DNA of 64,000 bases from Octopus sinensis (GCF_006345805.1 NC_043015.1:43462001-43526000); one strand, 5' to 3'; counted from the stretch's first letter, positions 1-11,858 are shown. The notes: a model not told the origin generated them from the sequence alone. A program made the numbers and translations.

Positions 1-224
1 ACGTCCTTAGCCAAATTTCGAAAACTAAAACAAATTAGAAAATTGATACCCAGTAGAATATGATAGTTGTTGGCTTGTAGGAATATTTCCGTATTTTCTA
101 TTCTGTGCAAAGTGAATACAGGTAGCGGAGATGTAATTGCTGCTTTACGTGACTTTCATGTGAAGTTTGGAAGTAGATAATGTTTTGGTAAGGATAAAAT
201 TCATTTCTAGTTCTTTTAAGAAAT

Positions 225-725
225 TGTCAGATTGTTGACTTCAACATTACTACAGGTGAGTGAGGAAAGTCATTGACTAATGATTAAGACTTTTGTTGTT
301 TCGGTATCAAAGGAACCACACCTGGAAATCATAGCTCGGCTTAGTTTTTGTAACCATGTCAGCTTATTAATGAGACTGAGTTGTTTTTAATTGTGCAAAA
401 GGCCGGAAGATTCTGACGCCTTCGGCATCAATGCTGACGCTCGGCCAGGCGAAACAGTTGGACTAATCTTAATGATTATCTGCCTGGATTATGATCTTTG
501 CATTTCAGCTGACAGAATTTAAAGAACTCGGCTTCTTTCTGATAAACTCGACAATCAACCACAATATTAATATATGCAGATTATGCTGATAATATCGCTC
601 GATTCTCATGCACCATCCTACCAGCCCAGCTTTCACCCTTCTACATAACCTGTGAAAATGGGCAGACTGCATGGATCTTTATGTCAATGCCTCAAAATCT
701 GAATGACTCTGCTAAAATCAGGGGA
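225..725 (+). pseudogene. Degenerate RTE-clade LINE reverse transcriptase fragment
   Basis: Manual translation across frameshifts and stops from ~470: LMIICLDYDLCISAD / FKELGF / YADYADNIA / LLHNL*KWADCMDLYVNASKSE. This matches the RTE RT region around the YADD motif. A possible upstream piece VDFNITTG lies at ~228-256. Confidence 0.7.
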
Positions 726-821
726 GATCAATAAACATAACCAATGAAAGATTTCTTTATAAAATTGTGTTGTCTTTGTGCACCATGATGAACCTGGGAC
801 AGTTTCAAAGCAGCAGGCTTA

Positions 822-1056
822 CCTATTTCTTTACTACCCACAAAGGACTAAATACAGAAGGGACAAACAAAGACAGACAAACGGATTAAGTCGGTTACAT
901 CGACCCCAGTTTGAAACTGGTACTTAATTTATCGATCCCGAAAGGATGAAAGGCAAAATCGACCTCGGCGGAATTTGAACTCAGAACGTAGCAGCAGACG
1001 ATATACGTCTACGCATTTCGCCCGGCGCGCTAACACTTCTGCCAGCTCGCCCGCCT
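822..1056 (-). mobile_element. SINE family A (tRNA-like head, central GCCTTTCATCCTTTCGGGGTCGATAAA block, tail type A)
   Basis: Minus strand reads AGGCGG(G)CGAGCTGGCAGAAG...GTTCTGAGTTCAAATTCC (A/B-box-like), the conserved central block, then tail ...GGGTAGTAAAGAAATAGG. More than 15 copies occur in the window. Confidence 0.9.
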
Positions 1057-1371
1057 TTAATACACTTACCATACACTTTGTCCCACATATTCCGCCTTAG
1101 AATTTACATAAGGTTATATGTGTATGTGTGGTCTATCAGCTGGAAACGGTGCATAAAACAGAATACTCATAAACGAAGCTTTTTACAAGTAAAACCTTAG
1201 TGACGAACTTCTCCAAAGCCGTTGCTCTCCCTGTCAGTTTAATGGTTCTTGGGATTGGTATTTAGCTCCTTTGCAAAACTGAGGTTTGTTGCATAAGACG
1301 AGGAAATGCGGCATCAATTAGTCTGCAGGGCACACGCAGAAAATCTTTCAAGAGATTAAACCTATGGCTTT

Positions 1372-1535
1372 CTGGACCCTCCGTCGGCTCCGACGACGAA
1401 GGTTCCAACTGATCTGATCAACGGAACAGCCTCATTGTGACATTAACGTGCAAGTCGCTGAGCACTCTAGGGACACAGGGATCATTAACGAAGTTGTCAG
1501 GAAGATCCAGGGCGACACAAAATGCGATATGGTTG
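1372..1535 (-). mobile_element. SINE family C long-tail fragment
   Basis: CCGTCGGCTCCGACGACGAAGGTTCCAACTGAT...GCTGAGCACTC is homologous to 9390-9540 and to the reverse complement of 47480-47635. Confidence 0.75.
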
Positions 1536-1539
1536 ACCC

Positions 1540-1695
1540 TTTCAATTAGAGATACAATGGAATTTTCCCAGCTGAGTGGACAGGAGCAATGTGAAATAAA
1601 GTGTCTTGTTCAAGGACAAAACGCATCGCCGGGAATCGAACTCAGGACCTTAAGATCGTGATTTCAATAATCTAACCATAAGTCACGTGACTTCA
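1540..1695 (-). mobile_element. SINE family D (tRNA head plus CORE-like GTCCTTGAACAAGACACTTTATTTCAC block)
   Basis: Homologous to 8930-9173 (+) and 60830-60995 (-). B-box-like GAGTTCGATTCC on the minus strand. Confidence 0.7.
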
Positions 1696-1727
1696 GAAAC
1701 ATATTACAACTTTATATACAAATATAT

Positions 1728-1954
1728 ATTCCTTCATTGCCCACAAGGGGCTAAACATAGAAGGGATAAACAAGGACAGACAAAGAGATTAAGTCGATTA
1801 TATATATCCTAGTGCGAAACTGGTATTTTATTTAGTGACTCCGAAAGGATGAAAGGCAAAGTCGATCTCGGCGGAATTTGAACTCAGAACGTAACGACAG
1901 ACGAAATACCGCTAAGCATTTCGCCCGTCGCGCTACCGTGTCTGCCAGCTCGCC
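1728..1954 (-). mobile_element. SINE family A copy
   Basis: Same head, central block and tail as 822-1056. Confidence 0.9.
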
Positions 1955-2264
1955 AGCAACGGTGAATGATGTGTAGGTTTATGATTGAACGACATTAACA
2001 TAGTGTAATGGTAACAGACGTTCCCTTTTAATAATGTAGCTATGGGCTATTCTTAATTTCCTTAACGACACCAACGTCAGGATAGATAATAAAATGATAA
2101 TTATTATAGTAATTGTAGACTTCAATATAAGCAAATTATGAAGCATTTTAAACACTCGAAATATATATGTTCGACAAATTTTGATCAAAACAACGCACCT
2201 ACAAAAGCAAAATTGCCAAACGAATCAATAACAGAATTTTTCTGCTGTCCCCTGTGGCTATGTA

Positions 2265-2316
2265 TGAATGTGTGCATCATTGTATGTATGTATGTATGTA
2301 TGTATGTATGTATGTG

Positions 2317-2347
<31 letters not shown>

Positions 2348-2587
2348 GTATGTATGTATGTATGTATGTGTGTGTGTGTATGTATGTATGTATGTATGTG
2401 TGTGTGTATTGTATGTATGTATGTATGTGTGTATGTATGTATGTATGTATGTAGGTATGCATGCATGCATGTATGTATGTGTGTATGTATGTTGTATGTA
2501 GTATGTATGTAAGTATGTATGTATTGTATATGTGTGTGTATGTATGTATGTAAGTATGTATGTAGTATGTATGTGTGTGTATGTATG

Positions 2588-2618
<31 letters not shown>

Positions 2619-2800
2619 GTATGTATGTATGTATGTTGTATGTGTGGATTTATGTAAGTATGTTATGTATGTTGTGTGTGTATGTATGTATGTATGTAAG
2701 TATGTATGTTATGTATGTAGTATGTGTGTATGTAGTATGTATGTATGTAGATGTATGTACATATGTATGTACATATGTATGTATGTAAGTATGTATGTAC

Positions 2801-2831
<31 letters not shown>

Positions 2832-3035
2832 TGTATGTATGTGTGTATACATTTATGCGTGTGTATTTGCTTCTTCTCTTTTTAATTATGTAAATTCTTC
2901 CTCTGATGAAGGTGTTAATTTCTGATAAAGACACAAAGCTCCATCATTGGAATGTAGATGAGAAAAATAATGTCACATTTTAAACTTGAGAAACTTCTGG
3001 TGCATTCTTAGTGTTCCACTATGTATGTATGTACG

Positions 3036-3067
<32 letters not shown>

Positions 3068-3271
3068 TGTATGTATGTATGTATGTATGTATGTGTGTAT
3101 GCATGCATGCATGTATGTATGTATGTACGTATATGTATGTATGTATGTATGCATGTATGTATGTATGTACGTGTATGTATGTATGTATGTATGTATGTAT
3201 GCATGCATGCATGTATGCATGTATGTACGTATATGTATGTATGCATGCATGCATGTATGCATGTATGTACG

Positions 3272-3303
<32 letters not shown>

Positions 3304-3372
3304 TGTATGTATGTATGTATGCGTGTATGTATGTATGTATGTATGTATGTATGTATGTATGTATGTATGTAT
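2265..3372. repeat. (TATG)n compound microsatellite blocks (2265-2850 and 3020-3372)
   Basis: Direct reading. Source of the many YVCM/HTYI ORFs. Confidence 0.97.
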
Positions 3373-3374
3373 GA

Positions 3375-3657
3375 GAAGTTCTTAATCAGATCAAGCCGAA
3401 ACTGTCGGCAGAATCTAGGATCACCAAGCACAGATTGGCATATTTTGGTCATATTATGCGTAGAAAATCCCTGGAGAAGGACATCATGCTCGGAATGGTT
3501 AGTGGCAAGAGAGGAAGTGGCCGACCAAGAACCCGCTGACTTGACACCATCAAGAGTGACACGGGAATGGCCATAGCCAATCTGAAAGAAGCGACCCAGG
3601 ATAGAACTGGCTGTAGAACAGCCATCCATCGAGTAACCGAGAGTCAACGTACAAGAC
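3375..3657 (+). pseudogene. RTE/BovB-like LINE ORF2 C-terminal remnant (5'-truncated)
   Basis: Frame from 3375 (not in the ORF track): EVLNQIKPKLSAESRITKHRLAYFGHIMRRKSLEKDIMLGMVSGKRGSGRPRTR*LDTIKSDTGMAIANLKEATQDRTGCRTAIHRVTESQRTR. Contains the RTE motifs (W/Y)FGHxMRR..SLEKDIMLG and GRPRxRWLD. Confidence 0.92.
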
Positions 3658-4472
3658 AGCTATTATGCCCCCACACACAAAACACCACCATGTGGACTCT
3701 ATTGACACTAGTAAGAAAAAATATGAACTTTTTTTATTACATTTAACTTTTGAAAATATATTTTATTGATAAGGTTCGTTTTTTCAAGAACAACCGAAAC
3801 ATAAAATCTCTCAAAAAATTAAAATTTATCTTATATAGTGGCGTTTTCAAACTTCTTATATATATATATATATATATACTTATATTTATATTTATTATAT
3901 GTATATTCTCTTCTTATATATATTCTACTTATTATACAACATCACTCTTTTATGTACACTTTTTATGTACATTCTTTATGTACACTGATTTATTCTGCTT
4001 TTTTATGTTAACCCTACAGTCTCTTATGTGGTGGTTTAATAAAGTATGTGATTGAGTATTATCTGGTAATTGATATTGATTTAGAGTGTATTTTCCATTT
4101 TCTTATATCTTATATATTATATTATATATATATATACGACTATAGGCTGTGGTTTGGAGGTCGTATAGAATCTATTTCTGGCTACCAGCTGTACTACCTG
4201 ACTGAATTATAATGAGAAGAAATATTGCAGAAAAAGTGAAATGAAAAAAAAAAACGTTAGAGAAAAGAAATTAAAACAAAGAGATGAGAACTAAACGTAA
4301 ATATAATTATCAAATATTTAAAGAGCAAACTAAAACCAAAATAAATTCAGAATTAGCATATAAATGGAGTGTTTTGTATTTAAATTAGAATTTAAATGTG
4401 TGTTAAAAATGTAAAAAGTTAAATCGTTGAAGAATTAAAATTTTAAAATTATTGAATTGATAAAATAAAAAT

Positions 4473-4632
4473 AGGTTTGGCTGTGTGGTAAGACGCTTGC
4501 TTCCCATCCACGTGGTTCCGGGTTCATTCCTAATGCGTGACACATTGGGCAAGTCTCTTCTACTATACCCTGGGACTGATCAAAGCCTTGTGAATGGCTT
4601 TGGTAGACGGAAACTGAAAGAAGCTCGTCTTA
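4473..4632 (+). mobile_element. SINE family B 5' half (tRNA head plus CORE-like block)
   Basis: GGCTGTGTGGTAAG...GGTTCCGGGTTCA...TTGGGCAAGT(C)TCTTC...GTAGACGGAAACTGAAAGAAG. The CCTTGGGCAAGT motif is CORE-like, and CORE SINEs are known from Octopus. Confidence 0.85.
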
Positions 4633-4639
4633 TATATAT

Positions 4640-5125
4640 GTTTTGCAAACAACTTGCATATGCAAGTGCTACCAGTCGAAAGCTCCGCATACCAGAAACC
4701 AGCAAAAGTATGGGGTCATACATGCAAGCCGCTTTAGGGCCTACCCCTCTCGACGGCATCATTGCACACTGATATGAGGCCCCGCTTGCTAGATCAACTG
4801 GTTATCAAATAAAGCTCAATATTCTCCTAGCCATCGCCCATCATCTCTTTTTAACAAAATCCAGCGGCTAGCCTTTTCTACTGCAGTTTGGATATCGTTC
4901 ATGGTGGTATTTACTTTACGATGAGTTAAGCCTAACGACAACAACAGTCGTGTCACACTGTGTCCAACAAACCCTCTACATCCAACTTCGATTGGAAATG
5001 CTCCGCTTTCCAGCCGGCGTCTTCACATTCTTCGAGTAAGTTTACATAACGGTCAGTCTTTCGAGATCGAGCGGCGTTCATGTTATCTTCATGAGGAACC
5101 GTTAACTCAACTAGATTCACCACAT
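4640..5125 (-). mobile_element. HERO-like (RLE-bearing) non-LTR retrotransposon 3' end, 5'-truncated
   Basis: VVNLVELTVPHEDNMNAARSRKTDRYVNLLEECEDAGWKAEH, then frameshift FPIEVGCRGFVGHSV, then RKVNTTMNDIQTAVEKASRWILLKRDDGRWLGEY* (stop 4816-4818), followed by ~180 nt 3' UTR. Matches the HERO-type ELTVPWE...KY...FPIEVGCRGF...ASRWLWLKR pattern. Confidence 0.85.
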
Positions 5126-5456
5126 TCATACATACATCCATCCATCCATCCATCCATCCATACATACATACATTTATACATACATACATACGTACGTACA
5201 TTGCTCGTGTGTATCTTTATCGTAATTTTTATGGAGGTTTTTGGAGCATTGGCTCCAATATTAGCAAATGGTATTATATAGCCTACCTAATCTTCAATTA
5301 CTTTATATTGTGCCTGTAAAGGTGTGAACTTGCTAGCCATTTTATTATTACGGTAAATAACGGTAATAATACTACCCTATTAAAATTTTTCTTGTATACG
5401 ATAATTTCTTTTAAACGGAGCGGATGTTTAAAGTTAGGAACGCATACGAACTAAGG

Positions 5457-6031
5457 TACTCTTTTATATTGTTTCAGTCATTTGACTGCGGCCATGCTGG
5501 AGGACCGCCTTTTAGTAAAGCAAATCGACCCCAGGACTTGTTCTTTGTAAGCCTAGTACTTATTCTATCCGTCTCTTTTGCTGAACCGCTAAGTTACGGG
5601 GACGTAAGCACACCAGCATTTCACTGCGGCCGTGCTGGAACACCGCCTCTAGTTGAACATATCGATCCCCAGGCCCTATTCTTTGTAAATCTAGTACTTA
5701 TTCTATTGGTCTCTTTTGCCGAACTGCTAAGTTACGGGGACGTAAACGCACCAGCGTCGGTATCAAGCGATGTTGGGGGGGGGGCAAGCATAGACACACA
5801 TACATATACACATGCATATATATATATATATATGTATGTATACACACATATATATATATATATATATATGACAGGCTTCTTTCAGTTTCCGTCTACCAAA
5901 TCCACTCACAAGGCTTTGGTCGGCCTGAGGCTATAGTAGGAAACACTTGTCCAAGGTGACATGCAGTGGAACGCACCCGGGACCCAGTGGATGGTAAGCA
6001 AGCTACTTACCACATCACCACTGCTGCGCCT
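5457..6031 (-). mobile_element. SINE family B, full length, with duplicated 3' module
   Basis: Head at 6031-5870, internal CA/TA microsatellite, and the 3' module present twice (5475-5620 and 5623-5790). Confidence 0.88.
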
Positions 6032-6087
6032 GTATAACTTAGGGGTTCAGACACAGTTACAGAGTTAAAACAAGTTTAGTCTTTTAT

Positions 6088-6143
6088 TAACATTATTTAC
6101 AATTGACGGATATTTGTCCTCATCTTCTTTGTTGTTAAATACA
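6088..6143 (-). mobile_element. 3' fragment of the hammerhead-bearing short element
   Basis: Minus strand GTATTTAACAACAAAGAAGATGAGGACAAATATCCGTCAATTGTAAATAATGTT matches the sequence downstream of the ribozyme cleavage site in the 36.0-36.8 kb copies. Confidence 0.8.
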
Positions 6144-6392
6144 GAACAGGAAAGTATTAGGCATGATATGCATATTCGATGGGCTTCCATGCAGTTTCCG
6201 CCTGCAAAATGCACTCGCACGGCACTGGTCACCCCACCCCCTTCCTGGACACTAGGGTATTATTATAGTAGGGGGCTGCCTTATCAAATATTTCTTCATA
6301 AAATAGATTATATATATATATATACACACATATACATAAATTCACACACACACACACACGCACACACACACACACACACACACCTATATATG

Positions 6393-6602
6393 CGTTTTCT
6401 ACTCTAGACACAAGACCCGAAATTTTTGGAGAGTGGCCAGTCGGATAGATCGGACCCAGTACGTAACTGGTACTTAATTTATCGACCCCGAAAGGATGAA
6501 AGGCATAGTAGATCTCCGCGGAATTTGAACTCAGAACGTAAAGACGGACGAAATGCCGGTAAGCATTTCGCCCGGCGTCCTAACGTTTCTGTCAGCTCAC
6601 CA
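6393..6602 (-). mobile_element. SINE family A with alternative tail type B
   Basis: Family A head and central block, but the tail reads ...CCAAAAATTTCGGGTCTTGTGTCTAGAGTAGAAA (also at 19695-19905 and 29355-29548). Confidence 0.85.
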
Positions 6603-7372
6603 CTTTTATATATATATAGACACGTACTCAAGGTTCTACGCAGTAAAACTGAATCCGAAGCCACGAGGTTGCGGAGAAACTTCATTACCACACGGCCATA
6701 TCTGAGCCTTTTCCGTATTCATAAAAAACCCAAACCTGTACCCTACCGCAACAGGAGCAACGTATATTAAAAATCACCTTCACCATACCAGCTTCAACTC
6801 CATTCGCATAGCCACATTACTAACAAAGTCCCTTAAATCTCGCTTCTATTCTGACTCTAGCTTCCTACGAATCCCTTTCAGCTTTGTCCCTTGTATATCT
6901 TCTATATGTATTCTGTAGTGTGTACAGAATCTATCAACGTTTTATATCTTTCCTGCAATTATCTATTTAATATTATTTTTCACGGTTGATAAACACTCGC
7001 TAATACTTACAGATCAATAACTTATATACACTAGATTCTATTACAACGGTATATTCATTCCACTCATTTACATAATGTTTATATATATTTATATATGCTT
7101 ATATTATTTCATAACACTTGGATATCTTAATATTTGCATCTGGCGATATTATGTATTTGACAAACACAATTTTCTTTACAATTCCCCACACAATGTTTAC
7201 ATTTTAACTACAAATTTATGTTATATTTACAGAACACATTTTTAATCACACGTATGCCGCCATTTCTTCTAGCCAACATTACCATTATTATTATTATTAT
7301 TATTATTTTATTATTATTATTATTATTATTACCATTATTATTTTTACCATTATTATCATTATTATTATTATG

Positions 7373-7415
<43 letters not shown>

Positions 7416-7459
7416 TATTATTATTATTACCATTGCTATTATTATTATTATTATTATTG

Positions 7460-7885
7460 AATGAGAGGGCAGTGCATGCCATCAAAGTGACACTGGGGTA
7501 AAATATACGAAGCCCAGTATACCCATCATGACTACCCGTCTGATAAGGGTACACTAGGCACATGGATCACAACCATGTGTGCGCGACATGGTGATCTCAT
7601 AAAAAGATAAACAGCGCATGACCTTGCAGGTGGGACCCAGTTAGAATTTGTTTCAGGTCGAGTAGCTCATCCCGCTCAAAAGGTCCTTGAATAAGGGTTG
7701 TTTAAAGATGTTGAATGAAACAGCCATGTTTCCAGGGGTGAATTATTAAAACCCCAAGGAATCCCTCTCAACACATTGGCTATGATACTCCCCCACTACT
7801 TCTGCTCGTGATCCGAGATGCACATATCGTGATCAGAGATACACATATCGTCAGCCACTTAGGGTCAACTGGTTAACGTCAAACA
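7460..7885 (-). mobile_element. Interspersed repeat with (ATA)n tail, probable LINE 3' UTR or SINE
   Basis: Adjoins (ATT)n at 7280-7460. Part of it recurs at 34660-34830 (GCACATATCGTC.G.CACT.AGGG...CAACT). Confidence 0.55.
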
Positions 7886-8414
7886 ATGACATGCAGTTAT
7901 TATTACTAAGTCGGCGAGCTGGCAGAATTTTTAGCACGCCCGGCAAAATGCATAGCGTAATTTCGCCCGTCGCAACGCTCTGAGTTAAAATTCCACCGAG
8001 GTCGTCTTTGCCTTTCATCCTTTCCAGGTCCAAAAATTATTTAGCAATGAAATACCGGGTTCGATGTCATTTACTTTACCTTTCCCCAAAATGGGTGCTC
8101 CCGTGAAAAAGTCTGAAACCATTATATTTCGTTCCTTAAGATACATAGGCCATTGATAAAGTTTCTCTATTTTTAAGGCCCTCCAATGCAGAGTTTGTTG
8201 GTTTTCCATTGGTATTGATGTTTCTGAGATGTTTCTTTTATTTCTTTTGGTTTTGTTTCTTTTTGTAGGCAAGGGTGTTGTCCCTACATTTCCTATATTT
8301 ACTTATGGAAAAGATAGTCCGTATGAGTCGAGTGTAGCCGTTATGATTTAGCCTGTCCGGCAGGAAGCTTCCACTCTAGTGGCACAACTCTCAGAGTCAT
8401 GGAGACAAACATGT

Positions 8415-8514
8415 NNNNNNNNNNNNNNNNNNNNNNNNNNNNNNNNNNNNNNNNNNNNNNNNNNNNNNNNNNNNNNNNNNNNNNNNNNNNNNNNNNNNNN
8501 NNNNNNNNNNNNNN
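8415..8514. other. Assembly gap (100 N)
   Basis: Exactly 100 N, a typical placeholder for a gap of unknown size. Confidence 0.99.
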
Positions 8515-8929
8515 TTAGCAAGCTACTTACCACACATCCACTCCTATTTACATTACTTACAAAGAATTATCGCGAAATTGTTCGACACGCAGGACAAAAT
8601 ACTAAGCAATTTTCCCGGCTTACCATGCCAAGTTTAAATTCTGGAAAAGAGGGATTCCTCGAAAGAGCGTGGGTAAATCGATTACATCGATCTCTTTGCT
8701 CAACTAGTACTTATTTTATTGACCCCAAGATGATGAAAAGCAAAGTCTACCTCAGCGGAATTTGAACTCAGAACATAAAAATTGACGAAATACCGCTAAG
8801 CATTTTCCCAAGGTTCAAAGATTCTGCCACCTCGCTGTCTTGCCGATAAAATATACTTAACGGCCGTCTATGTTGGTCAAGGAGAAGTAAAACGAAGGGC
8901 AAATTTCAGCCCCCTAAAGTCATGTGGGT

Positions 8930-9173
8930 GGAGGCGCGTGGCTTAGTGGTTAGGGAGTCAGCATCATGATCGTAAGATTGTGGTTTCGATTCCTGGACCG
9001 GGCGACGCGTTGTGTTCTTGAGCAAAACACTTCATTTCACGTTGCTCCAGTCCACTCAGCTGGCAAAAAAGAATAACGCTGCGATGGACTGGCGTCTCGT
9101 TCTGCTGGGGAACACATACCCCATAGAAACCGGGAAACCGGGCCCATGAGCCTGGCTAGGCTTTAAAAGGGCC
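8930..9173 (+). mobile_element. SINE family D
   Basis: GGAGGCGCGTGGCTTAGTGGTTAGG (A box)...GGTTTCGATTCC (B box)...GTGTTCTTGAGCAAAACACTTCATTTCACGTTGCTCCAGTCCACTCAGCTGG. Confidence 0.85.
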
Positions 9174-9378
9174 AAAAAAAAAGACATGTGGGCAGCCCTA
9201 AGAAAGTTAGTGTTCACTAATATGAACGTAGCGAAGATGGGGGGAGTTGAAACCATTATAAAGAAACTTTGAGATCATGCACTCGAAACACGAAATGGCT
9301 TTTTGTCAAAATTGGCCGATTAGAATGAAGCATGTACTCATATCAAGTAAGATGTTTTACCTGAAATTTAAGTCTTAA

Positions 9379-9957
9379 CACGGGGCACTCCGTCGCTTGC
9401 GACGACGAGGGTTCCAATTGATCCAATCAATGGAACAGCCTGCTCGTGAAATTAACCTGCAAGTGGCTGAGCACTCCACAGACATGTGTACTCTGAATGT
9501 AGTTCTCAGGGAGATTCAGCGTGACACAGAGTGTGACAAGGCGGCGAGCTGGCAGAAACGCCGGGCGAAATGCTTAGCGCCATTTCGTCTGCCGTTACGT
9601 TCTGAGTTCAAATTCCGCAAAGGTCGACTTTACCTTTCATCCTTTCGGGGTCGATGAAATGGGTACCAGTTATGCACTGGAGTCAATATAATCGACTTAA
9701 TCCCTTTGTCTGTCCTTGTTTGTCCCCTGTTTGCTTAGCCCCTTGTGGACAATAAACAAATAAGAGTGTGACAAGGCTGGCCCTTTGAAATACGGAGAGA
9801 AAGAGTACAGTAGGGTTCGCCAACACCCCCTGCCGGAGATCGTGGGTTTTAGGTATTTTGGCTCAATAAACACTCACAACGCTCGGTCTGGGAATCGAAG
9901 CTGTGATCCTACAACCGCGAGTCCGCTGCCCTAACCACTGGGCCATTGCGCCTCCAC
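9379..9957 (-). mobile_element. SINE family C (long tail), interrupted by a family A SINE
   Basis: Head GGAGGCGCAATGGCCCAGTGG at 9955. Flanked by direct repeat TAAGTCTTAA (9369-9378 and 9958-9967). Confidence 0.9.
9542..9762 (+). mobile_element. SINE family A nested in SINE C
   Basis: 14-bp TSD AGAGTGTGACAAGG at 9528-9541 and 9763-9776. Confidence 0.92.
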
Positions 9958-9972
9958 TAAGTCTTAATACCT

Positions 9973-10196
9973 ATTTCTTTATTACCTACAAGGGGCTAAA
10001 CATAGAGGGGACAAACAAGGACAGACATAGATATTAAGTCGATTACATCGACCCCAGTGTGTAACTGGTACTTAATTTATCGACCCCGAAAGGATGAAAG
10101 GCAAAGTCGACCTCGGCGGGATTTGAACTCACAACGTAATGGCAGACGAAATACCGCTAAGCATTTCGCCCACCGTTCTAACGATTCTGCCAGCTC
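9973..10196 (-). mobile_element. SINE family A copy
   Basis: Direct repeat CTTAATACCT at 9963-9972 and 10197-10206. Confidence 0.9.
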
Positions 10197-10729
10197 CTTA
10201 ATACCTTCCATTTGATATAGCAGTTTCAGTAACACTTTTTTCTGAAAATGGAATTTTCTTTACATTCCACTTAAGATTTTCATACTAAAAAAATATGGAT
10301 ATCTAAAAAAACGTGGAGTTTAAATTAATTAATCAAGCTTGGAAGAGTTTTGAGTATTAAATTGTCGAAAGTACTGTAAACGAATACATCGCTTTCTCGT
10401 CTATGATACAAGTGTGGCTGTGTAATTTACACTAATCAACTTATCAATTGGAAATATTAACACGAATTTGATATGAGATGATTCATGTTCTAAACCGTGG
10501 TTGAGTGAGTTGAATAATGATGATGAGGATCCGATTCCAGTATGGGTTCTGCCGAAGCGAGTTCGCCGATGATGATGATTAGGAGTGAAAAATATAAATA
10601 ATGACGTGATTAAGGATTTCGGTGCGATTATATTCAAGGATGATATACAAATGTCTATATTAGTTTCATATATTGAAAATATTTTAAATACATACAGACA
10701 TACCTACCTACGTACTTATATACCTACAT

Positions 10730-10733
10730 CTGT

Positions 10734-10827
<94 letters not shown>

Positions 10828-11189
10828 CTCTCTCTCTCTCCTCTCTCTATATTATATATATATAGCTATATATATATATATATATATACCTATCTATCTA
10901 TCTATCTATCTATCTATCATCTATCTATCTATCTATCTATCTATCTTATATATATATTATATTATATATATATTATGTGTGTGTATATATATATATATTA
11001 TATATATATTATATACTATCTATCTATCTATTTATCTATATAGCTATTGTCTATCTATTTATCTATCTATTTATCTATGTATCTATTTATTTGCCTGTCT
11101 GTTTTAAAAGACTGTCTATCTATCTAATTATCTATCTGTCTGTCTATCTGTAAATCTGTCTATTAATGTGTGTATGTGTGTGTATGCGT

Positions 11190-11228
<39 letters not shown>

Positions 11229-11823
11229 TGTGTACATATGGATTAAATAAGTATAACGTGAGGCTTTAATACAATAATAACTTTCCTAAGGCGACGAGCT
11301 GGCAGAACACTTAGCATCACGGACAAAATACTTAGCGGCACTTCGTCCCTCTCTGAGTTCAAATTCTGTTGATGGCGACCTTGCGTTCATCATTTCTACT
11401 TCAGGAGAATGAATATCAGTTGAACCCTTGGTTCAATGTAAACGACTTGCCCTCTCAGTTGAAATTGGTAGCATTATCCCAACATCTGAAACAAATGTAA
11501 TGCATTCGTTCGTTACTGTTTTTTTTTCAGTTTTTTTTACGAGGCGCAACGGCTTTCATGGGTGGAGTGTTTGTGACGGCAAACGCACTGCTTTGGGGTG
11601 TTGTCTATTGCGGTTTTCATGCGTTGATGACCAATCCTGCGGTGGAATTTGAATTCGGAATATTAAGAACATATATATTTATATGTAGGTGTGCGGGAAT
11701 GTGTGTGTATGTGTCTGTCTGTCTCTCTAGGTATACGCATATACACACGCTTCACTTACACACATGCATACAACCACACATACATAACATACAACATACA
11801 TTATATATATATATATATATATA

Positions 11824-11858
<35 letters not shown>

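Noticed and set aside
2900-2945. CTGATGA...AAAG hammerhead-like string
   Set aside because: GAAA and the cleavage triplet are missing and no stem I is evident.
8930-9000. tRNA-like sequences here and at 14258, 47257, 48697
   Set aside because: They have A/B boxes but no full cloverleaf and continue into SINE bodies, so they are SINE heads rather than tRNA genes.
10401-10637. Unique-looking minus-strand ORF; another frame gives a signal-peptide-like LLIIIIGELASAEP
   Set aside because: No recognisable domain, no start codon for the signal-like frame, and no clear splice signals.
11521-11690. Polypyrimidine-CAG followed by a GC-richer open stretch (possible exon)
   Set aside because: No good donor site or protein similarity. 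It may be a decayed SINE head (GAGGCGCAA).
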